From assembly GCA_030390025.1 (NCBI GenBank), contig CM059432.1:21454001-21518000 (forward strand): 64,000 nucleotides of DNA, read 5' to 3'. Every line of letters begins with the position of its first letter. The stretch's first letter is position 1. The notes under the pieces are model-generated. The model searched no databases. It was not told where the DNA came from and worked only from the letters and a program-made list of their open reading frames with translations. Made by a program: the position numbers and the translations under genes. The stretch is from Squalus acanthias. Taxonomy: Eukaryota. Below, piece after piece: positions 36,150 to 49,741 of this stretch.

Positions 36150-37367
36150 ATCAGCATCGGTGCCCCTGAAACTATATCACCTTGGTCCTCAGAATCCCAC
36201 CTCGATCAGCCCCAACACCAGTAGCTCCAGGCACACCAGCAGCACCAACAACAACATCAACCTTCTCCGCAATCAACTGATGCTGCACAGGACAGAGGGC
36301 ATCAGTGCCCGACTACATTGCTGCCCAGGACATCAGGGATGGCCTCACCATGGCCACATTTACTTCACTTGATGCTGTTGCACCCTGGCTGCCACATGAT
36401 GCGCCAGGTTGGCACCACCCCACACCAACACCATAAGGCATCCGTACAATACCCAAGCCATTCCTTTCACACTCATCACCATTGCGGGGGGTACTGTTAT
36501 GTCTCACCATTCACTGCAACTCACTAAGACACTTCCAAAGGTGTACACAAATCTGTCCAAGAATGCAAAGTGTTGAAAATAAAGGTTTCTATGTTTGACA
36601 GCACATTAACAGAAACTTTACATGAACATTGGCTAAAACACCCAAGTGCCTTGCCTTGTGTGTTGTTAGTTGGTATGATTGGACTAGGATGAGGGTGAGT
36701 TTGAGGGGTGGCTAGTGAGATGGGGAAGTGATAATGTAGATAGAGAGGGATGGGTGGAGGTGCAAGGTAAGTTGGTGTGAGTAAGGATGTGCAGGAGTAG
36801 GGTAGGGAAGGCAGAGTGATGGGGATGTGATGAGTGGCACAGCAGGATGAGGTTGAGTGTGGCTTTGTACTAACGTTTCATGATCTACTGAAGCCTGGTC
36901 CTCCTTACAACATCCCTGCTTGTGTCCTCCTGTACAATGTGCAACCAGGCTGCGTTGGTCTCCTGGGGAGGTCTCTTCCGCCCATTGGAAGGGAGGAGAA
37001 CCTCCCTGCGTGCTGTGACTCCCTCCATAACCATTTGGAGGGAGTCATGGGAGAGCCTGGGTGCAGCCCTGAACCTCTGTGCAGTGCTTGTCAGTGTTTG
37101 CAGCACCTCAATGCTGTAGAACACTGACAGCACAAACGTCAAAATCAATTTGCGCATGGTCCCTTTAAGGAAACTGCTGATGATGCGTCATCAAATGACA
37201 TCATCAGACCCGTTTCCTTCATTTGGCCGGCAAACGCGCTGGGTGGGCCTAACAAGCCCAATCAGGGGAAAATCATTTTGGACAGCGGTCTGGAGCCGAC
37301 AGCGGGGTCAGGACTCGCCACCGATGTCACCCGCCACGGACCCGCCGAGGTAGGTGAAATCGCGGCC
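36150..37367. mobile_element. Harbinger deletion derivative with Myb-like first exon (minus strand, ~36875-37100)
   Basis: RAAPRLSHDSLQMVMEGVTARREVLLPSNGRKRPPQETNAAW parallels the Myb exon at 33058-33300; terminus GAAATCGCGGCCC. Confidence 0.7.
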
Positions 37368-37674
37368 CACATTTCTCCTTTCTACGTCTCCTTTTCTTGC
37401 TACCTTGATGTCACCTTTGAAGCTGATACCATTCATTCCAAGTGCATTGGAAGGCAAGCATGAGTAAGTAAGGTGTTTCTTGTTAACTGCTGCTTATTAG
37501 AAAACAAAAAGAATCATTGGCAGAGGGTCCCTGAATTAACATGCATTAAACCAGATTAGTCCCGGGGACTATTTTAGGAGCAGGGCAAAAATTTTAGCAA
37601 CTGCTCTATTAGTGCTACTGCATAAAATTCCTACACCTTACCTCACTTAATTTGTATGCTAGCTGTAGCACATA

Positions 37675-38529
37675 GAGGGAGAAATTCAGTATCGCCCCAT
37701 TTGGGGCGCAATTATTGGCCGGGTGCAAAGATTAGCGCCTGGCGCTAATTATCGCCTCCGACTGCAAACTTGGCTTTTATCGCCCCTGGAGGTGATTGGA
37801 GCGCTAAATCAGGCGCTTCACAACTGTCTTAAGGCGCAAAGGCCGAGGAGCAAGGTGCTACCTCAGAGCGCTGGCGAAGTTCATGTGATGTCAGTCAGCA
37901 ATGGAACATAGACACAATGGCGCTGGCCAGTTCTTATTGCAGCCTTGAATCTCGACCTGGAGAGACCTGTACGTCAAATCTGCTGGAAAGAACAATGGAG
38001 AGACCCAGGGAAAGAGCTCAGAGTGCAGCCCCCACAGTCTCTTCTAAATCGATACAATGAAGGGCAAATCAAAATGAACCTGCAAAGTGCTGCTCAGTAC
38101 CCAAAACTCCTTCACACAGTTTTGAATCTCTCCAGAAGTCTCTCTCTCGCTCTCTCTCAGAATGCGTGGTGCAAAAATGTCACCAACAAAAAAAGGCAGG
38201 AAGCGGGTGCCTTTAAATAGCGCTCCCCCAGTCCCTTCCTGACTGCAAAACGCTCCCCTCAACCTGTCGTTGCTAGCGGCAGGCGGTAAGGCAGGGGGCG
38301 CCACTCAATATCTGGTCCGGGATGCTACCGGGGCGTTGCGCACCCGACTGACGTCATGATCTGCCGGCGCAGGAGATCGTGTCGGTACTGTTTAGCGCTG
38401 CCGCAAAATGTCTAGTTAATTTCGTGAGCGGCGCAAACATCGCCGCGCACGGGCGCTAGTTGCTTTGCGCCCCATTAGCGCCCTCTTAAGGCACCAACGG
38501 GAGGCGCAAACCAACTGAATTTTTCCCCC
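37675..38529 (-). mobile_element. Non-autonomous Harbinger element (family A)
   Basis: GAGGGAGAAATTCAG...CTGAATTTTTCCCCC; TSD ATA; both ends match the full-length element in reverse. Confidence 0.85.
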
Positions 38530-38897
38530 ATAGAGAGAGTTCCCCCCTGCCCCCAAGTTACCTTATTAATGAAGATTTCCAGCTTCTCTAAAGTTAAATT
38601 TCCACCTTATCCCAAGAGGGTTTAAATTTTGTAATGACTCATTAGCATCTGATTAAAATATTTAATAATAAATTCGAATTTGATTTCAGCATTTAATATT
38701 AATTAGTGTTTGATTTCAGCATTTAGTATTAACTTGCATGCTTTTCTTGATTGGTTTTCATATTCTCCATGCACGCATAACATTTTCACCTAAAGACCCC
38801 ACACAGCAAATGGAAAGATTAGAGAGCTGAAACTGTACAGTGCAGTATTAATAATGAACGTGTCCGTATGAAATTCCTCTCTTTGCTATTTTAATAA

Positions 38898-39238
38898 GGT
38901 TCTTCTCCCAGAGAATAGTGCACCTCCGGAACAGGGGTCCGGCTCATGCGGTGACGCCGATTCGCTGAATTCCTTCAAGCGAGAGCTGGGCCTGGACCTG
39001 TTTCCGGCTGGGATGGAGATCACCTTGTACAAAAGGTAGGTACTACATAGAACTGTCAGGGCCACAGCGGTCTCCTGGACCAGTTTCGATCGCCTAGGGG
39101 GATCCAAGAGGAAGTACCTCTCACAGGCAATCACATGCTTTCGAGTGTGGCGGAGAGTGTATATATTGTAGCACAATTGTGTGGGGCAGGCTGGATGGAC
39201 CAGAGGGTCTTTTCCTGCCCGTCATTGTTCGTATGTTC
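38898..39238 (+). mobile_element. 3' end of a divergent CR1 subfamily
   Basis: FFSQRIVHL.N..DSLNSFKREL C-terminal motif; long 3' UTR ending in a GGCAGG..CCTGCC hairpin. Confidence 0.6.
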
Positions 39239-39289
39239 ACACGTAACACCTTTGTTAAAATCTCACAAAACGTGTTAATGAATTTGTTA

Positions 39290-39545
39290 TTCTGTTGCCT
39301 AGGCCCTAAGCTCTGGAATTCCCTGCCTAAACCTCTCCGCCTCGCTACCTCTCTTTCCTCCTTTAAGACGCTCCTTAAAACCTACCTCTTTGACCAAGCT
39401 TTTTTGGTCACCTGCCCTAATTTATCCTTATGTGGATCGGTGTCAAACTTTTTTGTTTTAAAATACTCCTGTGCAGCGACTTGGGACGTTTTACTATGTT
39501 AAAGGCGCTATATAAATACAAGTTGTTGTTGTTGTTGTTGTTATT
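39290..39545 (+). mobile_element. L2-type LINE 3' end with (TTG)n tail
   Basis: GPKLWNSLPKPLR..SFKTLLKTYLF; AAGGCGCTATATAAATACAAG(TTG)n. Confidence 0.8.
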
Positions 39546-40589
39546 AATCGTGCCTACCACACTTCCAACGCATAAAGCTGCAACACAAATACAAGCACAC
39601 ACTTTGCATTGCAAATTCAGTTAGTGTTATGTAATAAAATTTGTTATCTACCCGAACATGATTAAGTGCACTATTCACTTCACTAGACATAACGGTATCA
39701 GAAAATAACATAAATTATTGGTGAATGTTCATGTTTTAAGACACATTGCAAAAGTTGTGAGGCAAACTGAATGTGTTATAATAACACTGAGCTTATCTTC
39801 CCCCAGACCCGTGCCGTTTTCTGACAATGTAATGAATATTGTCGCAGTAATAATAAATGCAACAGCTACCATCTTTATTAATGGAACTCATAAGGCATGC
39901 AGTATCAAATCATAATATCATCACATCCAAAACCTCAAATTTATTCAGTCAGACTACATCCTGTCAACTGGAGTCCTTTTAATAAGCTGTGATAAACTGC
40001 AGGAGACTAAAGGGCAGTAGTAGACGACTGGCTGATGATGATGTTAGCGCAGTTGAAATGTGCTTGCTGGGAACTTCATGTCTCTGCCAGGTCTATTCAC
40101 ACTCTCCTGAGCAGCCCTCAACAGGGCCCTTGTATATGAAACCCCAACTAAGAAGCGATTATTGTGTCACAGCTTCTCGGTGACAGGCATTTGAAAACTG
40201 GCAGGGTAGCTTGACCCTGCCATTGCTGCATGGGCGTCTGTGTGCGTGTGGGTGTGAATAGATTTTTTTTTTGGCTGAACGTTGCTTTTTAATCTACAAA
40301 GGCCCACGAAAAACATTTGATAAATGAAAGAGAATAGTTTCCTGATCAAACCTAACTACAAGAGGCAGTGTTGGGCCGTCCGTATTTTAACTAACTTATC
40401 GCCCAAATGATCTCGTATACTATTTTTGGAAGAAAGTATTTTAAGCTGCTTCCTAAAATTCTGTGCACTGGTAAGAGTGGTGGGAGGGCTCATGAAGTAA
40501 GCTTGTGTGCTGTTGTGAATGATTAATTGAATTACATAACACTTACAGTACAGAAACAGGCCATTCACCCCAACTGGTCTATTTTTTTG

Positions 40590-41245
40590 TTCTCATTCAC
40601 AGGATGTGGCATCGCTGGCGAGGCCAGCATTTATCGCCCATCCCTTGAGAAGGTGGTGGTGAGCCACCTTCTCAAACCGCTGCAGTCCGTGTGGTGAAGG
40701 TACTCCCACAGTGCTCTTAGGGAGGGAGTTCCAGGATTTTGAACTAGCGACAATGAAGTTATGGTGATATATTTCCAAGTCAGGATGGTGTGTGACTTGG
40801 AGGGGAACTTGGAAGTGGTGGTGTTCCCATGCGCCTGCTGCCCTTGTCCTTCTAGGTTGTAGAGGTCGCGGGTTTGGGAGGTGCTGTCGAAGAAGCCTTG
40901 GTGAGTTGCTGCAGTGCATCTTGTAGATGGTACACACTGCAACCACAGTGTGCTGGTGGTGGTGGGAGTGAAGGTTTTAGGTGGTGATTGGGGAGCCGAT
41001 CAAGCGGGCTGCTTTGTCTTGCATGGTGTTGAGCTTCTTGAGTGTTGTTGGAGCTGCACTCATCCAGGCAAGTGGAGAGTATTCCATCACACGCCTGGCT
41101 TGTGCCTTGTAGATGGCGGAAAGACTTTGGGGAGTCAGGAGGTGAGACAGTCGCCGCAGAATACCCAGTTCTTGTAGCCACAGCATTTATGTGGCTGGTT
41201 CAGTTCAGTTTCTTGTCAATTGTGACCCCCAGGCTATTGATGCTG
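40590..41245 (-). mobile_element. LINE family B 3' fragment
   Basis: MEYSPLAWMSAAPTTLKKLNTMQDKAARLIG. Confidence 0.9.
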
Positions 41246-42249
41246 GTGGAATTCAATGACTTTTTATCAGTTGCGGTCCAGAATTTGACACGTTTAAAAT
41301 TGCAAAGCTTAGGTGACGGGGTATGGCCCATAATGCATGACATCATCAAAAAAATAGGAGGAAAGATGTAGTCAGTCAAGAAGTTGTGGTTAGGTGGTGG
41401 AATGCTTGGTTTGTAAAAACCTCTAGATTATAGAAGGAAGAGAAATAAGTGAGAGATTATGGAAAACATGAGCAATTGAGTTTTTCTATGACAGTAACAC
41501 AAAAGGTGAATGTCATGATGCTGCTTTAACCTCTTCCAGATGTCAGTGTGTTTCCTACAAACACCCCTAACTGTTGGTTACTCTTCCCTCGGAACAGTCC
41601 CCTGCACTCACAGCTCGGATTACCAACTCTAGTTGGACATATTTCTGGAAGTTTCCTCACATTATCTTCCGCCTCCAAACGCCCCGTCCAATCGAATAGC
41701 TTCGCCCCCCCCCCGCCACCCCACCACCCCTGCCATTTCCAGTACTTTTATAACTAATAAATGTAAGTGTTCAAGGAAAATGAAAAAAAAAACACAACTT
41801 ATTATTTTTCTCCTGGTTTTCTCAAAGATGAATTGTTAATTGCTGAAGACTCTAGGCCAATCCTGGAGGATTGGTAACTCAAATAGCAGCAAAGAAGGAA
41901 GTGTGGTCACGTGGGTACAGAAAGCAAAGGGATAGGCATATAGAAAAAAAGTTTCTTAAACTGGAAAGATTTAGAGAGTTGTATTCCTCAAGGCTCTGTA
42001 TTGGGGCTCGTCTTATATTTACTATGTGCATAAATGATCTGAACTTAGGAATTGAGGGAATAATATTGATATTTTCTGATGACACCTTTTATTTCAACCA
42101 ACACCATTGTCTGGGGCCCCAAACGTTCTTTCTATGTGAAGCAATGATTTATTTAGACTTCCTCCAGTCTATGTATTGTACTCACTGCTGATATGTCGGC
42201 TCCCTCTATTGGGAAGACGAAATATCAATTGGGAGACTGTTTTACCAAA

Positions 42250-42540
42250 CATCATTTAAGGTGATTGGCAAAAGAACCAGAGGCAACATGAGGAAACATT
42301 TTTTTACACTACGAGTTGTTGTGATCTAGGATGCACTGCCTGAAGGGATGGTGGAAGCAAATTCAATAGTAACATTCAAAAGAGAATGGGATAAATACTT
42401 AAAGGGAAAAGAATTATAGAGCTATGGGGAAAGAGCAGGGGAGTGGGATTAACTGGATAGCTCCACCAAAGAGCCAGCACAGGCATGATGGGCCGAATGC
42501 CCTCCTTCTGTGTTGTAAGATTCTATGATTCTATGATTCT
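42250..42540 (+). mobile_element. CR1 3' end with (ATTCTATG)n tail
   Basis: Matches 56718-57090; octamer tail. Confidence 0.8.
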
Positions 42541-42729
42541 AGCTCTGTGCATCCACATGTGTCGTTCAGACCTTCCTGTGGCTCACCTCTCCAGCTCCCT
42601 CTCCCAGTCTGACACTGACCTTTCTATTTTTGGCTCTTACACTCTTCCAGCCAAGCTCAGTATAAATATTTAATGCCTCTGGCCTGAATAGCAACTTTAT
42701 GTCTTAGCTGTTTCTTTCATTGTTCTGAT

Positions 42730-43212
42730 GGGGCCGTATTTTCCGATCGGAAGCCTCCGATCTGGAAAAAAATCTACGCACTTACCTGAGGGCTCCCGAG
42801 GTGCGTATAGTTCCGATGCTGGGCCTCTCGAACTCCAAGTGTGCAGGACCCACGTATCCCAGGGGCGCATGCGGTTCGCAAGTGTCCCTGGGATCACGTG
42901 GACCATGGGGAGCCAATCAAAGAAGGGAATCTCCCTTCATACACTTGACAGGAAGACCTGTCAAAGATATGAATGGAGAGCACCCCAAAAATACTTCAAA
43001 ACATTAAATAATTTTTTTTTTAAATCACATTTTTTAAATTAGTTGAAATTACAATAAATTAAATATTTTAAACAAAAATGTAACTTCTTGAAAAAATAAA
43101 TTAAAGTTTTTTACGGGGCTAAAAAATAAACTTACCTTTTTTAAAGTATTTTTAAATGATAAATGACTGAAATTAAAAAAAAAACTTTTTCAGCTCTTAT
43201 CCTGGTAAAAGG
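42730..43212 (-). mobile_element. Truncated hairpin-family H MITE
   Basis: Colinear with 22528-23030 (GGGATCACGTGG..AGCCAAT, TTGACAGGAAGACCTGTCAA, AT-rich tract). Confidence 0.8.
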
Positions 43213-43214
43213 GC

Positions 43215-44997
43215 TTGTAGGGCTGGAGGAGGCTACAGAGACAGGAAGGGGCGAGGCCATGGAGCGATGGAAGAACCTGACGTGTTTTCGGATGATGTCG
43301 CTGAGGGGCAGCATGTAGATGAGAAATAGGAGGGGGCCAAGGGTAAATCCTTGGGGCACTCCAGAGGTAATGATTCGGGAGCAGGAAGAGAAGCCATTGC
43401 AGGTGATTCTCTGGCTACGACTGGATAGATAAGAATGGAATCAGGCCAGGGCAGTCCCACCCACGGAAGAGCGGCATTGGAGGAGGACGGTGTGGTCAAC
43501 CTTGTCAAAGGCTGCAGACAGATCCAGAAGGATGAGGAGGGAAAGTTTACCAGAGTCACAGTCACATAGGATGTTATTTGTGACTTTGCTAATGGCTGTT
43601 TCGGTACTGTGGCAGGGATGGAAACCTGATTGGAGGGATTCAAACATAGAATTGCGGGAAAGATGGGAAGCGATTCCACGTTCAAGGATTTTGGAGAGGA
43701 ATGGGAGGCTGGAGACGGGGCGGTAATTTGCAAGGACGGAGGGGTCAAGGGTGGGAGTTTTGAGGAGAGGGGTGATGACGGCAGATTTGAAGGAGAGGGT
43801 ACAGTACCTGAGGAGAGAGAACCGTTAACAAAATCAGCTAACATGGGGGCCAGGAAAGGAAGTTGGGTGGCCAGCAGTTTGATGGGAATAGGGACGAGGG
43901 AGCAGGAGGTGGGTCTCATGGACAAGGTGAGAGCACGATGGGAGATAGGAAAGAAACAAGAGAAATATGCGAGTTCAGGGCTAGGCAGGGGGGAACCTTA
44001 GGAGAAGTTTGGCGCAGTGAGCTAGGGGAAGGGAGGGAAGCGGCAGAGGCAGCTGAACAGATGGTCTCAATCTTTGTGACAAAGAAGTCCATGAGTTCCT
44101 TACACTTGTTGTTGGAGGTGAGAGTGGGGGAGGCAGGGGAGAGAGGTTCAAGAAGATGGTTTGTAGTTGGGAAGAGAAGCCGGGGTTATCTTTGCATTCC
44201 AGAATAATCCTGGAACAGTGAGGAGTTTTGGCCTAGGAGAGCAGGATCTGATAGTGCTTTATGTGGTCCAGCCAGATCAGGCATTGAATGGTTAAACCAG
44301 TTGTCTTTCATATCCGTTCAAGTCTGCGTCCCTTGGACTTAAGGGAGTGGAGATGAGGGATATACCGGGGCAACAACCAGGGTGAGAGAGAGTAATAGTT
44401 TTAATTGGGACAAGGGTAACAAAGGTGGAGGTGAGGGTGTGATTGAGCAGATCGGTAGCTGCAGTAACATTGTGGTGAATGGAGAGCCAAAGGCTAGACT
44501 GTTGGGAATTTGAAAGTGCAGTTGTAAGTGACTTGTGGGAGAGTTTTTCCAGGGGCAGAGACAGAAGGAAGTGGGGTTGGGAGGGGGAAGGGGGATGTGG
44601 GTGGAGAGGGAGACAAGGAAGTGACCAGAGATGGGTTTATCTGTGATTAACACGATGGAAGTAGCGAGGCCACGTGAGATGGTAAGCTCCAGAGGGTGGC
44701 CGTGAATATGGATAGGGGACTTTATATGGAGGGAGAGATTTAGCAAGGATAAGAGGGCAGTGAACTCAAAGGAGAGTATGATGAGTTGAAATGGAGGTTG
44801 AAATCACCAAGAATGAGAAGTCGCTCGGTGCAGAGGCTGAGGGAGGAAAGTAGTCTCAGTGAGAAACTTGACATGGTACATGGGTGGGCGATAGAGAACG
44901 AGGATTTTAAATGAGAGGCGAGAGGGGTTGAACAAGGTGAGATGCTCAAAGGAGGAGAAAGTACCAGAAGTGTAGGGGGACAGACCAAGGCTGATTT
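43215..44997 (-). mobile_element. L2-type LINE internal fragment (APE to RT), decayed
   Basis: LILGDFNLH; QSGF..HSTETA..LLDLSAAFDKVDH; PQG..LGPLLFLIYMLPL. Confidence 0.88.
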
Positions 44998-46059
44998 GGT
45001 CTGATTTCTAATTCATAATAACCTCATGCTGAAAGTAGCCTGATATCTCAATGGATTGTACCGTTTAAAGTATTAAACATTCTGTGAAAGTAAGAAAAGA
45101 CTTGCATTTATGTGGTGCCTCGTAGCTTCTCTGGGAAACATGTTAAAGTGCTTCAGGGGCAATAAATTACTTTGAATTGCATTGGCATTGTTATATGGTA
45201 AACATCACTGCAATTATATGTCTCTGAAGCACTTTATAAACATTTCAGAGATGCAATGCGAGTCTTTCTTTTTCTTCTCGCACAGAATACTTAATACCTT
45301 AAACTGTACAATCCATTTAGCTGGCTCTTATTGCACGCTCTATTAGAAAAAGCAACTAAAGATCATAAAACACACAGGGGATAGTTTTCATTATTGGTGG
45401 TGGCGGTAAAATATCAGTCAGCTATTAAGCACCTCACTCCATTTTCCTTGCCATTGACTTCAAGTCCTCTCATGTTCTCATTTTTATTTTTATTCATTCT
45501 CTCCTTACATCGCAGGTGCCCGCAGGTGAACAAATTGACGGTCATGGCTAAAGTCTGAAGTCAATGTTCAGAGCAGAGGACTGCAGGCTGCCCAGTAGAA
45601 AGAGGAGATAATGACTGCACTTGAAGCATGCCCGGAGCTTCACTAGAACTATTCAGGAGGTCAAATGCAGGGAGGTTAGAGTGGGAATGGTTGGGCGGGG
45701 AGGGGGGAGTGTGAGTGGGGAGGGCAGGATTTATTGTTTCTTCGAGTAATTTGAATGGGGTGCGACAGAAATTTCTTTGGGAGCCCCTCCGCAGTCCCAA
45801 CTCGCCATGCTTGATCAATTTTTAAGTGCAGCCACTTTCCAATTAGGCTTGTTTCGTGGACGCGATGAATCACACTGCAATCAACTGCCTTCAGAAATAA
45901 TTGCAAAATCCCCCCCCGAGGTCCTTAGCAACGGTGGTTGCCGGGGATATAAAGGCGTCCCTTGCACCCAGTGCTGCTAGAGTGCAAATGATGGGAAATC
46001 CACCACTTGCACATATGCGTGTGATGTGTTACGTACCCGTCCCTACTTCAATCAGAATC

Positions 46060-46937
46060 TCTTATGCCGGACACGCTGTGTAACTGGGTTTCGCCCCAAA
46101 ATTCAGTCCCACAGTTTCTGTGCCCCAAGCTCCTCAGGATTTGGGCGCTAATGGACCAGATTATGCTGGACTGAGGCATCTCATGGTGTCTCCCATTAGT
46201 TAGACTTACTACTGCATGTTTATGTTTTAATAAAATTTCCTCACAAAGTTGCTGGAAGTGCGAGCTGATAACGGCACAGTGAGGACAACAGGGCATCTGG
46301 GACCTTGGTAAACAATGGGACGAACAGCGTATCTCCGTAACCAATGATATTTAAGGACTGAGAAAGAAACAGAGGAAGAACTGAGAAGGAGGGTGAATTA
46401 GAGTGGGTGAATTCAATGTCAAATCAGATACAGGATGATAAATAAAGAGAGGGAAAGAAAGAATGGATTAAGAGAGAGAGAAAGAAGTGTCAGAAAGGAA
46501 AAACAAGAAAAAAAAAATTAAAAACTTTAAATTTGACATTTTTAAAATCTCCTAAAGCAATTCACAACTGAAGGAATGAGACTCCACACTTATAATTGTT
46601 CACTTTCTGGGCAAGAGAGGTTGATTAGCAGTCATTAACAATTATCAAGTTGTTAAAAGGGTAATTACACTGATAAGTATTGGACTTAACTTTCTGTGGC
46701 GAGTTTAATGGGCAATTAATGTGCAAATGCAGCAACTTCATCGAAATCACGGGAAGGTTAAGGTCGAGGTGCCGTTTCCGTGAAGCTAATGAAGGAGCGG
46801 AGCAAATCGACCAGCAACTTGTGGCGCTTCACAATTCACGGGGTATCTCTTCCTCGCCGCAAGTTGCTGGCTGATTTTTGCATTAATAATGGCGAGCGTC
46901 GTCCAGATGCTGTTATTTTTTCAGCAAAGTCTGGCCC
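46060..46937. mobile_element. Probable MITE-like element
   Basis: Right end CAGCAAAGTCTGGCCC followed by AAT; left boundary unresolved. Confidence 0.4.
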
Positions 46938-47734
46938 AATATCTTTTATTCTGACTTATATTAGCAGGTTCTTAAGCAGGTCATTTGAGTTATCTGGCAC
47001 ACATCAGACCTGCAAGTCAGGGCAGGGCCAATAATCCTTTTGATAGACAGCCTTTAGGTTTCGAGGACTTTTCTTGAGGCACAGTCTTTCCATGTAAATG
47101 AGATCAATCCTCCCGCCTTACCAGTAGGGTTCCCATTTGCAGGGGTGCCCAGAAGAAGCAGGGCGTACTCCCTAGTTGTACCAGGTAATGAGCAGCCTAA
47201 CCAATGGACCTTAAAGACACCACAGGAGGCCACTCACAAAACTGCCCGATTTCCTGCCCTCCCACAACTGGCGTGCTGCAACGGGGTTCCTGCTTGGCCC
47301 CACAGTTCGCCGTCGGCATGTGAATGAGGTCTGGGCCTCAAAGTGGCTTTGTTCCCATGCCAGCAACAATTTGTTGGTGGCGCGGTTGCTCTGCCGGCTT
47401 TGTGCCTGGTTCGGGCATAAGCTGAAGATCAGCCCCTGAAATTATAGTAAAAATATCGTAGAGCTTAAGAATCGTGCAGAAATGAACATATTCATTAAAA
47501 GAGCTGTTTAAGTTCCTCATCATAACGGAATTCTTATCCCACTTAATAAAACCGAGAGTGCAGTAAGTAGTTCTTGCTAATGTTGAGAGAGCAAGATTCT
47601 GTATCTCTGGTGGGAATGATATTACCAGTACCTTTGTTATTGCAACAGATAGCAGAGCTCTGCATCTGATTATGCTGACACAGAACCCTGTGAATATACT
47701 TCCCCATAGCCATTACCATGTAGATGCAACAATG

Positions 47735-48005
47735 CATGTGGAACTAGAGTCACATATAGGCCAGAATCAGGTAAGGATGGCAGATTTCCTTCCCTAAAGG
47801 ACATGAGTGAACCATTTGGATTTTTATGACAATCCAACAGCTTCATTGTCACTTTTACTGATATCAGCTTTTTATTTCCAGATTTATTTTAAACTGAATT
47901 CAAATAGTCTTGAACTGCCATGAGGAGATTTGAACTCATATTCCCTGGATTATTAATCCAGGCTTTTGGATTATGAGTCCAGCAACATAACCACTACACT
48001 ACCAT
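47735..48005 (-). mobile_element. tRNA-derived SINE (third type)
   Basis: Reverse strand GTGTAGTGGTTATGTTGCTGGAC..GAGTTCAAATCTC (A/B-box-like). Confidence 0.6.
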
Positions 48006-49159
48006 ATCTGATTAAAATTGGTTGGGCTCTACAACAGGTAGACATCTGCTCTGCCTGATTAACGCTCAGGTGGTGAAGATGAAACTAATCCTCAATGTTT
48101 TCTTGGAACAAGGCAGTAATTTGGTAGCTCCCTCTGCTTGCGTAGTATGAGTTTCGAGAGAGGTAAAGCATAGATCCACAGCCGTTTAGATTCTTAAATG
48201 CACATTTTATTGATTTTTATATGCTGATCAAGGTAAGGGATGTCAGTGCAAAATACCTTCCTAATTTTCACGATGTACTGCCAGCTTCAAGAACTCTCAA
48301 TTCAGGTAAAGCACAGGCTAAACGCAGAGTAAAGATCCCTTTCATTTGAAAGAAAGAAAAAAGAAAGACTTGCATTTATATAGCACCTTTCACGACCACC
48401 GGACGTCCCAAAGCACTTTACAGCCAATGAAGTATTATTTTTGAAGTGTTGTAATGTAGAAATTGTCTCTGTAATTTGTCTAAACTTCTGAATCAAAAGA
48501 GCACCACCTACTGTACAGCACATGTCTTTCCACTTTCCGCCCCACACGTCCACACAAGTCACTCTCATAAGTTCACTCAGCAAGACCGTCAATTTGTCTT
48601 AAATTAGTGTTAGGTTTGTGCTGTAGACGGTTGACGCTGCTCAAAATTTCATACAGGGCACTTGCATCTAACAGAGAGACGGAAGTTTATGTTCAATCAA
48701 TCTGGGTTAGATTCAAACCCAGATCCCAGAGGCAGACTGCAGTATAATAAGGGATTATGTAATAACATCATCTGTTTGGCAATTACATTGCTAATTATCA
48801 CCTTAAGCCAATAATGACCATAAAGCCCTGTCATTATGTTACTGCTATTGCTGTGCTTCAGATTTTACAAAACTGTACAGTATTAATCATATCTCAGCTT
48901 TCAAATATACCAAAATATGATAGGAAATAAAGCTCCCCACTTAGCAGCAATCCATTTCATTTTCAGAGTGGAATGGTGATAACAAGCATACAATGTGGTG
49001 ATGTGTGAGCCAATTGCCATTTAACATTTTTCCCTGGTCTGTCATGCCTCTTTAATAGGAGGTAAAATACACATACAGAGCTTGTAAACCATCCACTGTA
49101 CATGGAGATGTAGGTGGATCACAGAGCAAAGAAATGGGGAAATGGATTTGGAAACAACA

Positions 49160-49610
49160 GGGACATAGGAACAGGAGAAGGCCATTCAGTCCCTTGAGCC
49201 TGTTCCGCCATTCAATTAGATCATGGCTGATCTGTATCTTAGCTTCATTTACCCGCCTTAGTTCCATAACCCTTAATACCCTTGCCTAACAAAAATCTAT
49301 CAAACTCAGTTTTGAGATTTTCAATTGACCTGGCCTCAACAGCTTTTTGGGGAGAGAGTTTCAGATTTCCGCTACTCTTTGTGTGAAGAAGTGCATCCTA
49401 ACAGCACCCTTGAACTACCTAGCTCTAATTTTAAGGTTATGCCCCCTCTGGAACCCCCAACCAGAGAAAATAGTTTCTTTCTATCTCCCTTATCAAATCA
49501 TTTAATCATCTTAAACACCTCAATTAGCTTATCCCTTAATCTTCCATACTCAAGGGAATACAAGCCAGTCCGCATAATCTAACCCTTTTAGCCCTGGTAT
49601 CATTCTGATG
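49160..49610 (-). mobile_element. CR1 3' fragment
   Basis: GGCCATTCAG..CCATTCAATTAGATCATGGCTGAT tail hairpin region and CR1 C-terminal coding remnants. Confidence 0.75.
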
Positions 49611-49741
49611 AAAAACAGAACTACAAAGGGACTCCATCCATGGCTCAGTGTGCACTCTCCACTGAGGCACTGAGCTATGTTGGCTAGAAAGTTTCAGGTC
49701 TAATCCCTGGTATGTGAAGAGTAAGCTGATTTCAGCTGTTT

